Source: a virus
Virus genome (UHGV): UHGV-0129795
Strand: one strand, 5' to 3'
DNA length: 15,775 nt
Part shown: positions 8,893 through 15,775 of the stretch, piece by piece
Numbering within the stretch: position 1 is the stretch's first letter
Layout: each line of letters opens with the position of its first letter
The notes under the pieces: model-generated
What the model saw: only the letters and a program-made list of their open reading frames with translations
Told to the model about the DNA's origin: nothing
The model's database searches: none
Made by a program: the position numbers and the translations under genes

Positions 8893-9265
8893 CTGAACCT
8901 CCCCGGCGCGTTATGAGCGCCACCAGCGACCCGATATCCTGATTATTCAGGAACGTCAGGATCTTAACGGCTAAAGCAGATACGATTACGGCACCAATGG
9001 CATCCAGAGGTTTATCACTGTATCCGGTCAAGCTTGCCAGCTTGGAGCCAACCAACCCAGAGCAAAGGATCCCGGCAATATACGACACGATAAAATATGC
9101 CAGTCGGCGCGATGCGCTCAGATCCGCTGCTGTTGCTATGTAGAATACAGCCCCTGCAAATGCGCCAAATACAACGCCGTAATCAGTTCCGGTCAGCAGT
9201 CCATAAACACTGGCACCCGTCAGGGCACCACCAGCCAGCCCAGTACCGGAAATTGGATCGGACAT
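8879..9265 (-). CDS. Holin-like membrane protein (second holin or antiholin candidate)
   Basis: 128-aa ORF rich in Gly/Ala with about 4 predicted transmembrane segments. First gene of the lysis cassette; overlaps the next holin gene by 14 nt. Confidence 0.6.
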   Translation of the reverse strand: MSDPISGTGLAGGALTGASVYGLLTGTDYGVVFGAFAGAVFYIATAADLSASRRLAYFIVSYIAGILCSGLVGSKLASLTGYSDKPLDAIGAVIVSALAVKILTFLNNQDIGSLVALITRRGGSGGAK

Positions 9266-9377
9266 TTAGCCCCCTCTTAATTGCTGTGAGTCCTCTCAGG
9301 TATGAGGGGAAATAGGCTCAGGCTTCACGGGTTGGATTTATCAACAAAGCACGTAGCGGATGATTACCGTGAGCCGG

Positions 9378-9408
9378 AAATAAAAAAGCCCCAGCGGGTG
9401 CCGGGGCG
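9378..9408 (-). terminator. Rho-independent terminator (minus strand), tR'-like, upstream of the lysis cassette
   Basis: Minus strand reads GCCCCGGCACCCGCTGGGGCTTTTTTATTT: an 8-bp GC-rich stem (one G-U pair), 4-nt loop, then a T run. Lies between the accessory membrane-protein gene and the first holin gene. Confidence 0.75.
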
Positions 9409-9499
9409 AGTTATAGATAAGTGCATGCTCTAGCAGCAAATCACTGTATTTGATATCGTTAAATCGCCAAAAATAACCCTATCAAACATGGAGAATTAT

Positions 9500-9649
9500 A
9501 TGAGTGAATCAAACAAACCATCTGGAGAAAATAAGCCTCAACCCGCACCACAGCCTAAACCGGCTCCACAGCCAGCCGAAAGAAATCTGAGGACAGGTTA
9601 TACCTTTGTTGCCGATTCTGCTGAAAACATCAGAAAAAAAGGTAAGTAA
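9500..9649 (+). CDS. Small hypothetical ORF (49 aa, Pro/Lys-rich), convergent with and overlapping the 189-aa membrane-protein gene
   Basis: ATG at 9500 preceded by GGAG 8 nt upstream (catGGAGaattatATG). Translation MSESNKPSGENKPQPAPQPKPAPQPAERNLRTGYTFVADSAENIRKKGK. Below the 60-aa cutoff of the supplied ORF track. Low complexity, so it could be non-coding. Confidence 0.3.
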   Translation: MSESNKPSGENKPQPAPQPKPAPQPAERNLRTGYTFVADSAENIRKKGK

Positions 9650-10199
9650 GTACTGAGATTACAAGTGCACAAACAGGGGTGAGGATTGTAGCGATCCTTA
9701 CCCTTTCTAGTTCTCGGCCTATTCTGGCATTCTCTTTTTTACTCATTTCAGCCATTCTGGTTAAATCCGCAAGCCGGTAGCGCCGCAAGACGTTCAATGT
9801 TGAACGCTTTCCTGAAAATCCTTTCGACTCAAAACCAGTGTAATCATCTTCAGTAAACCCTTTATAGCCATCATGGTAAAGCGCATAGGGTGTCGATGAC
9901 ACGAGAGCTCGTGACCTTACAACGAGGACGCAGCGAACAAGATAAGCCGCACACATTGCCCAGTAGACTAAAAAAACAGACATTCCAGCGGTGAGGTAAT
10001 CAAAACCTGTACGTTGCGTTAATAACAAAAATGACGAGCCCACGCCAGCAATGAGTATACTCAATAACTTCTGGCCATTTTCTTTGTTTAGTGCGTTGGA
10101 CTGGTGAATTTCGCGTATACAATCCTCGCCCTGCTTCTCCAGAAAAGCAACGAGTTCGTCGTCCGCATCCAAAAAGTAATCATCGGGTAGATTATTCAT
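9630..10199 (-). CDS. Hypothetical membrane protein (189 aa, about 3 TM helices), accessory gene between Q and the lysis cassette
   Basis: ATG at 10199 with a GAGG ribosome-binding site. Acidic N-terminal segment of about 45 aa, two adjacent hydrophobic helices, a basic cytoplasmic-type segment of about 75 aa, and a C-terminal hydrophobic helix. AT-rich relative to the phage backbone. No family recognised. Confidence 0.65.
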   Translation of the reverse strand: MNNLPDDYFLDADDELVAFLEKQGEDCIREIHQSNALNKENGQKLLSILIAGVGSSFLLLTQRTGFDYLTAGMSVFLVYWAMCAAYLVRCVLVVRSRALVSSTPYALYHDGYKGFTEDDYTGFESKGFSGKRSTLNVLRRYRLADLTRMAEMSKKENARIGRELERVRIATILTPVCALVISVLTYLFF

Positions 10200-10402
10200 T
10201 CCCCAACCTCACATCCTGTAATGCATCAATTTTACCTGAATGTCTCGAACCTTGGTATTGCTGTCTCCAGAAACGCAAAAACCCCACGGTGTTATCCGCA
10301 GGGCTTGAAACGAAGGCATTAACCCATCGTTGGGACAAAATTAACACAGATTCGGGAAAAGTAAATAGCCCAAGACAAAATCATAGGCTATCGCTATAGG
10401 CG

Positions 10403-11185
10403 TTACCGCGTTATCTGCTTAAGCTGTTTTTCGGCCCAGGACTCTTCGATATCAAATTTCGTGATCAGCAGGTCGTAGAATGGCTTAACAGACTTTTTCC
10501 AGGTGTCCAGGCTAATGGCGTCAGTAATCTGGCATACAGCAGCATAGGCTTCAGTCGACGGAAGTCGTTCATACCCACGCCCTCCGCAGCGCTTACAGTC
10601 AGCCAGAACAGGAACGCCCTGTTTCTCAGTAAGAGCCTGGTTCACTGCCTTGCCGCGCCCATGGCAATCACTGCAAGAAGCACTAACCACACCAGAGCCA
10701 TTACACTTTTTGCATAGCACTTTGATGGATTCTTTGACCTTCACCATCCCGGACACGGTCATTTTCCCTTCTGGCTTACGGAATTTATTGGTAAACACGT
10801 CAGCCTCAATGAAGCCCTGACCGTCACAACAATCGCACTGCTTCACGCTGGCAGCGCTGCGGGAATAGTCCTCAAAAGCGAAGGTGGCCAACTGGTGCAT
10901 CACCTGAGGTTTAACCGCGGCACCGAGCTTACGCAGTGCGGCAACCTTGTCGCATTTTGTCATCGCGTACTCAGCCAGCAGACCGATCGCCCGATCCCGG
11001 TCGTTATTGCTTATGCCCATCTTGCCGAGGAAGGCGCTGTAACCCATTGCGGCGCGTTCCTGCGTCATGCCCATGGCAGCCATTATGTCGGTACCGGTCA
11101 GTGAATCGGAGGCGGTAGCGCGCGGAGAATCGCTAATCAGTGTGGATTTAGCGAAGTGGTATTTCACTGTGTTTTCAAGGTTCAT
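10403..11185 (-). CDS. Q: Late-gene antitermination protein Q
   Basis: 260-aa ORF immediately upstream of the lysis region and downstream of rusA, the canonical Q position. Cys-rich C-terminal half with several CxxC pairs (CDCCDGQG, CKKCNGSG, CSDCHGRG, CKRCGGRG) typical of Q-family zinc-binding antiterminators. Assignment is by synteny and motif, not alignment. Confidence 0.7.
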   Translation of the reverse strand: MNLENTVKYHFAKSTLISDSPRATASDSLTGTDIMAAMGMTQERAAMGYSAFLGKMGISNNDRDRAIGLLAEYAMTKCDKVAALRKLGAAVKPQVMHQLATFAFEDYSRSAASVKQCDCCDGQGFIEADVFTNKFRKPEGKMTVSGMVKVKESIKVLCKKCNGSGVVSASCSDCHGRGKAVNQALTEKQGVPVLADCKRCGGRGYERLPSTEAYAAVCQITDAISLDTWKKSVKPFYDLLITKFDIEESWAEKQLKQITR

Positions 11186-11318
11186 AGCGCTTCTCCAGCA
11201 TAAGTTTTCACGTAATTCTTCAGTATCCGGTAGTCCGTTAGCACAGAGCCGGGAAAGTGGTATAAGCGAAGCCGCTGCCAGCGAACGCGGAGGTGATCGG
11301 AAAAACAGGATTCAAATG

Positions 11319-11681
11319 TCATACGGCCTCCAGCCCGGTGATTGTCAGTTCCAGCTTTCCACCTTTGGTAACGGGCATCTTCACAACGCGATAATCAACG
11401 ACCTGAGCATCGTCCAGCCAGAAACCTGCTTTGGTGAGTGCGTCAAAAGCGGCCTTTTGCAGATTATCCAGGTCACGGCGACGGCGATCCGGCATGTGGC
11501 ACTCAATGCGGATTTTCACAGGCATAGCCAGACCGATATCCAGCATTGCGTTTTTAATGATTCGGGCGACGTTATCGCGGTATGCCTGCCCTTCTGCGCT
11601 GATGTGCGTGCGCCCGCGATTATGGCGGTAGTAGCGGTTATTGCTCGGCGGCCAGGGCAATGTGATGTTGTAAGTATTCAC
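11319..11681 (-). CDS. rusA: Holliday-junction resolvase RusA
   Basis: Translation from a GTG start at 11681 gives (M)[112 protein letters not shown], near-identical to E. coli RusA (120 aa) as I recall it. The track ORF extends upstream only because there is no in-frame stop. Confidence 0.9.
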   Translation of the reverse strand: MNTYNITLPWPPSNNRYYRHNRGRTHISAEGQAYRDNVARIIKNAMLDIGLAMPVKIRIECHMPDRRRRDLDNLQKAAFDALTKAGFWLDDAQVVDYRVVKMPVTKGGKLELTITGLEAV

Positions 11682-11968
11682 GCCTTGATTACCCCCTCTT
11701 TCAGCCAGATAACCTGCGTTCTCGCCATACCTTCCAGCGCGCATTCTTTAGCATACGCAGCATCGACAAAATGTGTACGGCGGTCGATCTCGTCGTGACA
11801 GGCAGAGCATGCAATGGTGGCAATCAGATCAGGCGGTTTGATTCCGGTGCCACATAACCCGGCCAGGCGAATGTGCGCCAGTACAGACGTTTCCGGGTTA
11901 CCGTTGCAGACGCCGGGAATTCGAACCTGACAATCACGACCACGAGCCTCTTTGCGTAAATTTGCCAT
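11678..11968 (-). CDS. YbcO-like protein (DUF1364, Cys-rich putative nuclease of lambdoid nin regions)
   Basis: 96-aa product from the ATG at 11968 (alternative ATG at 11995). [85 protein letters not shown] matches E. coli DLP12 YbcO from memory. Overlaps the rusA start (GTGA), as in DLP12. Confidence 0.75.
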   Translation of the reverse strand: MANLRKEARGRDCQVRIPGVCNGNPETSVLAHIRLAGLCGTGIKPPDLIATIACSACHDEIDRRTHFVDAAYAKECALEGMARTQVIWLKEGVIKA

Positions 11969-11970
11969 GC

Positions 11971-12180
11971 TCACCCCCACGCCTTGCTTTGCCATACCCG
12001 GCTCGGGCGAGGCGCGTTATCGCCTTCCGGCAATTGCGCGCTGACGGTCCAGGTGATGTTGTCGCGATTCAGGCTGCGCTCTGTCTTTACACCGCGCGCC
12101 CGGTATTTCTCCACCAGCTCGTCGGCCTGTTCGGTGGTGCATTCGTGATGGTGGAACCAGGAAAATTTCATCGCCATCAC
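11971..12180 (-). CDS. Hypothetical small protein (69 aa), nin-region
   Basis: Start is coupled to the upstream gene (ATGA overlap at 12177..12180), and its stop lies 2 nt before the ybcO-like ATG. No family recognised. Confidence 0.5.
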   Translation of the reverse strand: MMAMKFSWFHHHECTTEQADELVEKYRARGVKTERSLNRDNITWTVSAQLPEGDNAPRPSRVWQSKAWG

Positions 12181-12773
12181 CCCGCAAAGCTCATCAGCTG
12201 GGCGGCGGCGTTTTCTGCCTCTTCACAACTGCGAAATGATCGGGAGAGTATCCATCGCCACAGAACATCGAGCGCGGCTTTGTACAGCTGCTGGAACTCA
12301 GTTTCATCCATATTTGCGAATGAGATACTGCGGGGATGTTTGCGGAGGGTGCCGTCAGGCAGCTGAATGGCGTCGTAATGGCCGGACTCAATAGTGACCC
12401 ATGCACGATATGCATCGAATGACTTACAGGCGCAGATGCTACCAGTACGCTTATCGGCAATGCGGTCAAGGTATTGCTCAGCCGCATCCAGCAGTGCGCC
12501 TTCGTTACCACCATAGGAAGCCAGGAATTTAGCATAGCCGGTAACCAGCTTGCGTTCATTGGAGGAGATTGCCCCGCCAGTTGGTTCCCAGTATTCAAAA
12601 CCAAGATTCAGCAGAGCGAAAAAGCGGCGGTGAAACGCAGGATTGCGTACCTGTTTAAAGTCGGCCTCCAGCACGGCACCGAGCTTAATTTTTGATTGCA
12701 GTAATTCGCTGGTCTCCGGCGTGGCCGGGATCAGAATTCCTGAAGATTGCTTTATTAGTTGTAAGTGCGCCAT
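12177..12773 (-). CDS. Conserved lambdoid nin-region protein, DUF1367-like (family assignment tentative)
   Basis: 198-aa ORF, first gene after the terminator at 12864..12886. Resembles proteins I recall as DUF1367 from enterobacterial lambdoid prophages; not verified. Confidence 0.55.
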   Translation of the reverse strand: MAHLQLIKQSSGILIPATPETSELLQSKIKLGAVLEADFKQVRNPAFHRRFFALLNLGFEYWEPTGGAISSNERKLVTGYAKFLASYGGNEGALLDAAEQYLDRIADKRTGSICACKSFDAYRAWVTIESGHYDAIQLPDGTLRKHPRSISFANMDETEFQQLYKAALDVLWRWILSRSFRSCEEAENAAAQLMSFAG

Positions 12774-12863
12774 GATGTTCTTCTTGGCGCAGATGGTCGT
12801 CAGTTTCTCAGGCTGACAGGGATATTATGGCTTGGCATACAGGCAAAAGCAATTTAACGCCGA

Positions 12864-12886
12864 CAAAAAAAGCCTCCGAAGAGGCT
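12864..12886 (-). terminator. Rho-independent terminator (minus strand) separating the upstream operon from the nin/Q block
   Basis: Minus strand reads AGCCTCTTCGGAGGCTTTTTTTGTCGG: a 6-bp stem (AGCCTC/GAGGCT), a tetraloop, then a 7-T run. On the plus strand the same hairpin is followed by a weaker T-rich tract. Confidence 0.7.
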
Positions 12887-12905
12887 TGTATGTTATTGAT
12901 TATAT

Positions 12906-12919
12906 TGTGACATGTCACA
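12906..12919. repeat. Perfect 14-bp palindrome TGTGACATGTCACA overlapping the stop codon of the 112-aa gene
   Basis: Read directly from the sequence at 12906..12919; it is its own reverse complement. The stop codon of ORF 12915..13253 (TGA, minus strand) lies inside it. Confidence 0.9.
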
Positions 12920-13253
12920 CGACTAACTTCACATCATGCCAGCCACGCGTAACCCAGCATTGCGAATCACCGGCGCATGGACACGACTTAACTGGCGGCA
13001 CATCACCGCATTTACCGCAGCGGTTCGCACTGATTGACTTAATGCGACCACGAACTCGGGCATCATCCTGACGGATCAGTAACGCGATGTACTCGCTCAT
13101 TTCATACGGCGCTCGCCCCGGACGGCGTGATGCACAATTGCGCTCCAGCATATCCATTTCCTGCGTATCAAGTATGAGCTCAAATTTACGCCCACCAGCA
13201 GCGGCTTGCCGGGCGCGCTGGGCAGCTTTGCGTTCTGCTGCGGTCTTAGCCAT
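12915..13253 (-). CDS. Hypothetical protein (112 aa): putative ribbon-helix-helix-like N-terminus plus Cys-rich C-terminus
   Basis: N-terminus ..ERKAAQRARQAAAGGRKFELILDTQEMDMLERNCASRRPGRAPYEMSEYIALLIRQ fits a beta-strand/helix/helix pattern as in Arc/CopG-type DNA binders (pattern-level only). C-terminus carries CGKC..CPC..C. Overlaps the upstream gene by 8 nt. Confidence 0.55.
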   Translation of the reverse strand: MAKTAAERKAAQRARQAAAGGRKFELILDTQEMDMLERNCASRRPGRAPYEMSEYIALLIRQDDARVRGRIKSISANRCGKCGDVPPVKSCPCAGDSQCWVTRGWHDVKLVV

Positions 13254-13533
13254 TATCCGCCCCTTTTGGCTTGTGGATTCGAATAGTCATACCGCTTTCA
13301 GTGGTGATCACAATAGCTTCCCCTGGCTGGATATCCCCAAGGCGAAACGCATCGTAAAAGGAATCCAAAGCCAGCGACTTCTCATCCTTACGATTCAACC
13401 ACCGCCAGCCTTTGCGAAGTGCTATGCCGAAAATCCATTGCCCTGCCTTGTAAGCCATAAAAAACCAGATGAGCACCACCTGAAAGAAGACAATCCAGTC
13501 AATAATCGTATATTTCGCGAAAGCGCCCATCAC
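13246..13533 (-). CDS. Hypothetical small membrane protein (95 aa)
   Basis: Hydrophobic N-terminal 40 aa (IIDWIVFFQVVLIWFFMAYKAGQWIFGIAL) and a polar C-terminal domain. 4-nt overlap with the upstream gene and 8-nt overlap with the downstream gene (translational coupling). Confidence 0.55.
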   Translation of the reverse strand: MMGAFAKYTIIDWIVFFQVVLIWFFMAYKAGQWIFGIALRKGWRWLNRKDEKSLALDSFYDAFRLGDIQPGEAIVITTESGMTIRIHKPKGADNG

Positions 13534-14411
13534 TTCACCTCCTGCCGCGGCGCTGCTGGCAGCGATTTAATCCAAGCGGCTGCCAAAAGACGACTCCACG
13601 CATCCTTAGAATCCTCAGCGCCGTAATCAATAATCGAATCGAATTCGTCTAGAATGGCTATCGTAGGCTCAACCGGCACTGCAACCCAACCATCCGGAAT
13701 CGCCGGAGAGTTACCCTCAAGCACCTCGCGCACGGCTTCAAACGCCGGAGTGACATACTCAACATCCTCTTCGCATACGGCATCCAGTGTGTTTAGCGTA
13801 TCGCCCATGAACGACATAGCCTGTAGAGCCTTTTCCAGCGCATCGATAACATTGGCTGGCAGCTCATCACGCTGGCTTACAGGTTCGGCTGCGAGCAGTC
13901 GCTCTAACTCCTCGCGAGCATCAGCACATCTGAAAGCGCTGAAGGTTCCACGACTGCCGTCGCTATCCAGCAGGCGATTGATGGCATCGCGTACCTCGGC
14001 AGGCAACTTGTAAGGCTGGCTTACAGGTTCATTGCTTGATGCTTGCTTGATATCTTCGCCTTGACCCGCACAATCACTGGTTTTAATGCTTGATGATTGC
14101 TTGGCTGCTTTACCCTGAAGCATGGCGGCGCGGCAGGCTTCAAATACCGCATTGTTAAACCTCACACCTTCAAAAAAGATTTTCCCATTATGCTCAAACC
14201 AGAACTCGGACTTCTCAACATCGGGTAAGAGGCTTTTAAGCACGCCCTCAGACACTGATAACACCGCTGGCTGCGGTAACTGTGGTGCTGTGCTAGTGAG
14301 CATGGACATCAACGCGCAGATGGTGTCCTCGCTGATTTCAAACATACCACTGGCGTTCTGCGTCGAGGCTTTCAGGTCTTCGATAATGCTCTGTTTCGTA
14401 AATTCAGCCAT
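13530..14411 (-). CDS. Hypothetical acidic protein (293 aa) with an internal duplicated module
   Basis: Complete ORF in the operon. Contains two related segments, EPVSQPYKLPAEVRDAINRLL and EPVSQRDELPANVIDALEKAL, about 48 aa apart, also visible as a repeated 16-nt string in the DNA. No family recognised. Confidence 0.6.
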   Translation of the reverse strand: MAEFTKQSIIEDLKASTQNASGMFEISEDTICALMSMLTSTAPQLPQPAVLSVSEGVLKSLLPDVEKSEFWFEHNGKIFFEGVRFNNAVFEACRAAMLQGKAAKQSSSIKTSDCAGQGEDIKQASSNEPVSQPYKLPAEVRDAINRLLDSDGSRGTFSAFRCADAREELERLLAAEPVSQRDELPANVIDALEKALQAMSFMGDTLNTLDAVCEEDVEYVTPAFEAVREVLEGNSPAIPDGWVAVPVEPTIAILDEFDSIIDYGAEDSKDAWSRLLAAAWIKSLPAAPRQEVK

Positions 14412-14414
14412 ACC

Positions 14415-14882
14415 CTACCCCCCCACCTTAGTGATGATACCATCGGCGATTTTTTTCGGGCTATATGCTGCTATGCATTGCTCATATCTAGCCTGGTCGT
14501 TTGTCTGTCCGTAGCTAAAACCATGCTGAAGGCCATGGCGAAACGCGCTATCCTGCAATTTGTCAGATGTTTCAATCTTCGCCTCCAGCTCTGCTATCCG
14601 ACGACTTCCATCAGCAATAACGCCTTCGTAATACTCACGTTGTTCTGCTATGCGCTTCTCTGCGGCTTCCAGCTCATCCAGCAGCGCCAAGACGGTAGCT
14701 GGATTGGCTGCGGCGATGAATCGTTTATTGGCGCGATTATCTGGTCCTGAGCATGATGCTATGTAGTAATTGGCGTTCAGTCCGGCATCAGCAATTACTC
14801 CATGGTAGTCATCAGCACACCATTCGCCTGGTGTTGCATTTTCTGCCGCCAGTCGCAGAGCCTGATAGTTAATCTCGCTCAC
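14415..14882 (-). CDS. Ead/Ea22-like family protein (tentative)
   Basis: 155-aa ORF with the motif ..AANPATVLALLDELEAAEKRIAEQ.. followed by a helical segment (AELEAKIE), resembling prophage proteins I recall as Ead/Ea22-like. Overlaps the upstream gene by 14 nt. Confidence 0.5.
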   Translation of the reverse strand: MSEINYQALRLAAENATPGEWCADDYHGVIADAGLNANYYIASCSGPDNRANKRFIAAANPATVLALLDELEAAEKRIAEQREYYEGVIADGSRRIAELEAKIETSDKLQDSAFRHGLQHGFSYGQTNDQARYEQCIAAYSPKKIADGIITKVGG

Positions 14883-15594
14883 TGGTTGCCTCCTGGTTCA
14901 CCAGCTGTTGCACGAGATTTTTATGACGGGCAAAAGTGCGCACGGCGCCCTGCAGTTTCGTCAGCTGCGCCAGCCTGTTTTTGGTGCGACGAATTTCGCG
15001 GGAGATCATCCGGGCCGCCGGAATGGACATGCTGGCGGCGCACCCTTCAGTGAACGCGGGGATTTCGCTGACAATCTGCGCGATATCTTTCTCCGGGCCG
15101 GCCTTCGTCAGTTCATGCTCTACGCTGACTGCCTCTGCTGCTGGTGCTGGTCCTGCTGCTGGTGCTGCTGGTGCCGGCAATGACCAGGTTACTCCCCTGC
15201 CCTGCCCGTTCTTCACCACGACGCCCTGGCGGGCCAGTGAACCCATCCATGCGGTGATGCCGCGAGCGTTACGCCCAAATTCCCTGGCGATGCCCACAGT
15301 ATCCATGGCACCGCGTTGCGCCAGCAGGCGGGTGATCCCCTCTACGCTGATCTCCTTCGGCTCTTCGCCGCGCAATGGCGCTTTAGCGGCGACAGCCGGA
15401 GCTGGTGCAGGGGTGTTCTTCTGGTCCTTCAGCCTGCCAACAAACCAGCCGCCGTCGGAGAAATCACACATGCCCTGCTCGCGCTGTTCGCGCAGCATGT
15501 TCAGTGCTTCCACAGGTTCGATATCCAGACGGGCTGCCACTTCGCGGTATGTCGCCCGGCCCATTTTTTCCAGTGCTTGAATGACGGTTTCCAT
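14869..15594 (-). CDS. Hypothetical DNA-binding protein (241 aa), two winged-helix-like segments joined by an Ala/Pro-rich linker
   Basis: ATG at 15594 has a strong AGGAGA ribosome-binding site 6 nt upstream. N-terminal TYREVAARLDIEPVEALNMLREQ and central GITRLLAQRG..TVGIAREFGRNARGITAWMGSLARQG look like HTH/wHTH segments. The same frame stays open from 15595 to the window edge, so an N-terminal extension or fusion cannot be excluded. Confidence 0.55.
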   Translation of the reverse strand: METVIQALEKMGRATYREVAARLDIEPVEALNMLREQREQGMCDFSDGGWFVGRLKDQKNTPAPAPAVAAKAPLRGEEPKEISVEGITRLLAQRGAMDTVGIAREFGRNARGITAWMGSLARQGVVVKNGQGRGVTWSLPAPAAPAAGPAPAAEAVSVEHELTKAGPEKDIAQIVSEIPAFTEGCAASMSIPAARMISREIRRTKNRLAQLTKLQGAVRTFARHKNLVQQLVNQEATSERD

Positions 15595-15775
15595 GTGTTC
15601 TCCTGTTAAATCAGACCAGCTGCTTTGCGTTTTTTGTATTCGGCCATCAGCATCTCTGCTGGTGTGGGGCCGCTGGCTTTAGCCGGCGCGGCGATGGCGC
15701 GACGGATTGGCGGTACGGGCTTACCCGCGGCGACGCGCTCTTCCCATCCGGCCAGGACCTTGCCGGCGGCCTGGC

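Noticed and set aside
9266-9500. tRNA gene in the Q-to-holin spacer, as seen in some Stx phages
   Set aside because: No T-loop-like GGTTCGA motif and no cloverleaf-compatible pairing found by eye. The region is explained by the terminator and AT-rich spacer.
10895-11798. Plus-strand ORFs 10895..11104, 10936..11118 and 11067..11798 (243 aa) across Q and rusA
   Set aside because: Antisense to Q and RusA, which have clear protein-level identity. The 243-aa translation is low complexity.
12194-12604. Minus-strand 136-aa ORF in an alternative frame inside the DUF1367-like gene
   Set aside because: Same strand but a different frame from the longer, better-initiated ORF 12177..12773. No independent ribosome-binding site, and it is Pro/Ser-rich.
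12906-12919. Reading the palindrome TGTGACATGTCACA as a CRP binding site
   Set aside because: CRP sites have TGTGA and TCACA half-sites separated by 6 bp; here the spacing is 4 bp.
14936-15609. Plus-strand ORFs 14908..15183, 14936..15580 (214 aa) and 15316..15609 opposite the dual winged-helix gene
   Set aside because: Antisense shadows in a GC-rich region. The 241-aa minus-strand gene has a strong AGGAGA ribosome-binding site and is coupled to its operon.
1-15775. CRISPR array, integrase, transposase or IS element
   Set aside because: No regularly spaced direct repeats, and no ORF with recombinase or transposase character. All large ORFs are accounted for as phage morphogenesis, lysis, nin or accessory genes.

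Overview
This window is a contiguous piece of a lambda-like (lambdoid) prophage, with almost every gene on the minus strand. Reading from high to low coordinates: a tightly packed operon of five uncharacterised genes (15594..12915), a nin-like block (DUF1367-like, small ORF, YbcO-like, RusA), antiterminator Q, an accessory membrane-protein gene, a lysis cassette (two holin-like genes, GH19 endolysin, overlapping Rz/Rz1 spanins), a second accessory island, the cos site, then the head genes Nu1-A-W-B-C and the first codons of D. Because cos is internal, the sequence is an integrated, circular or concatemeric form, not a packaged linear genome. Core genes are recognised from my recollection of phage lambda and E. 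coli/Salmonella prophage proteins; no database search was run. Three places fall outside the conserved backbone and are the candidates for novel accessory functions: (i) 9266..10402 between Q and the holins, (ii) 5917..7278 between Rz1 and cos, and (iii) the operon 12915..15594. None carries a domain I can assign to a known defence system, so every functional reading of them is inference. No tRNA, rRNA, CRISPR array, integrase or transposase was seen.
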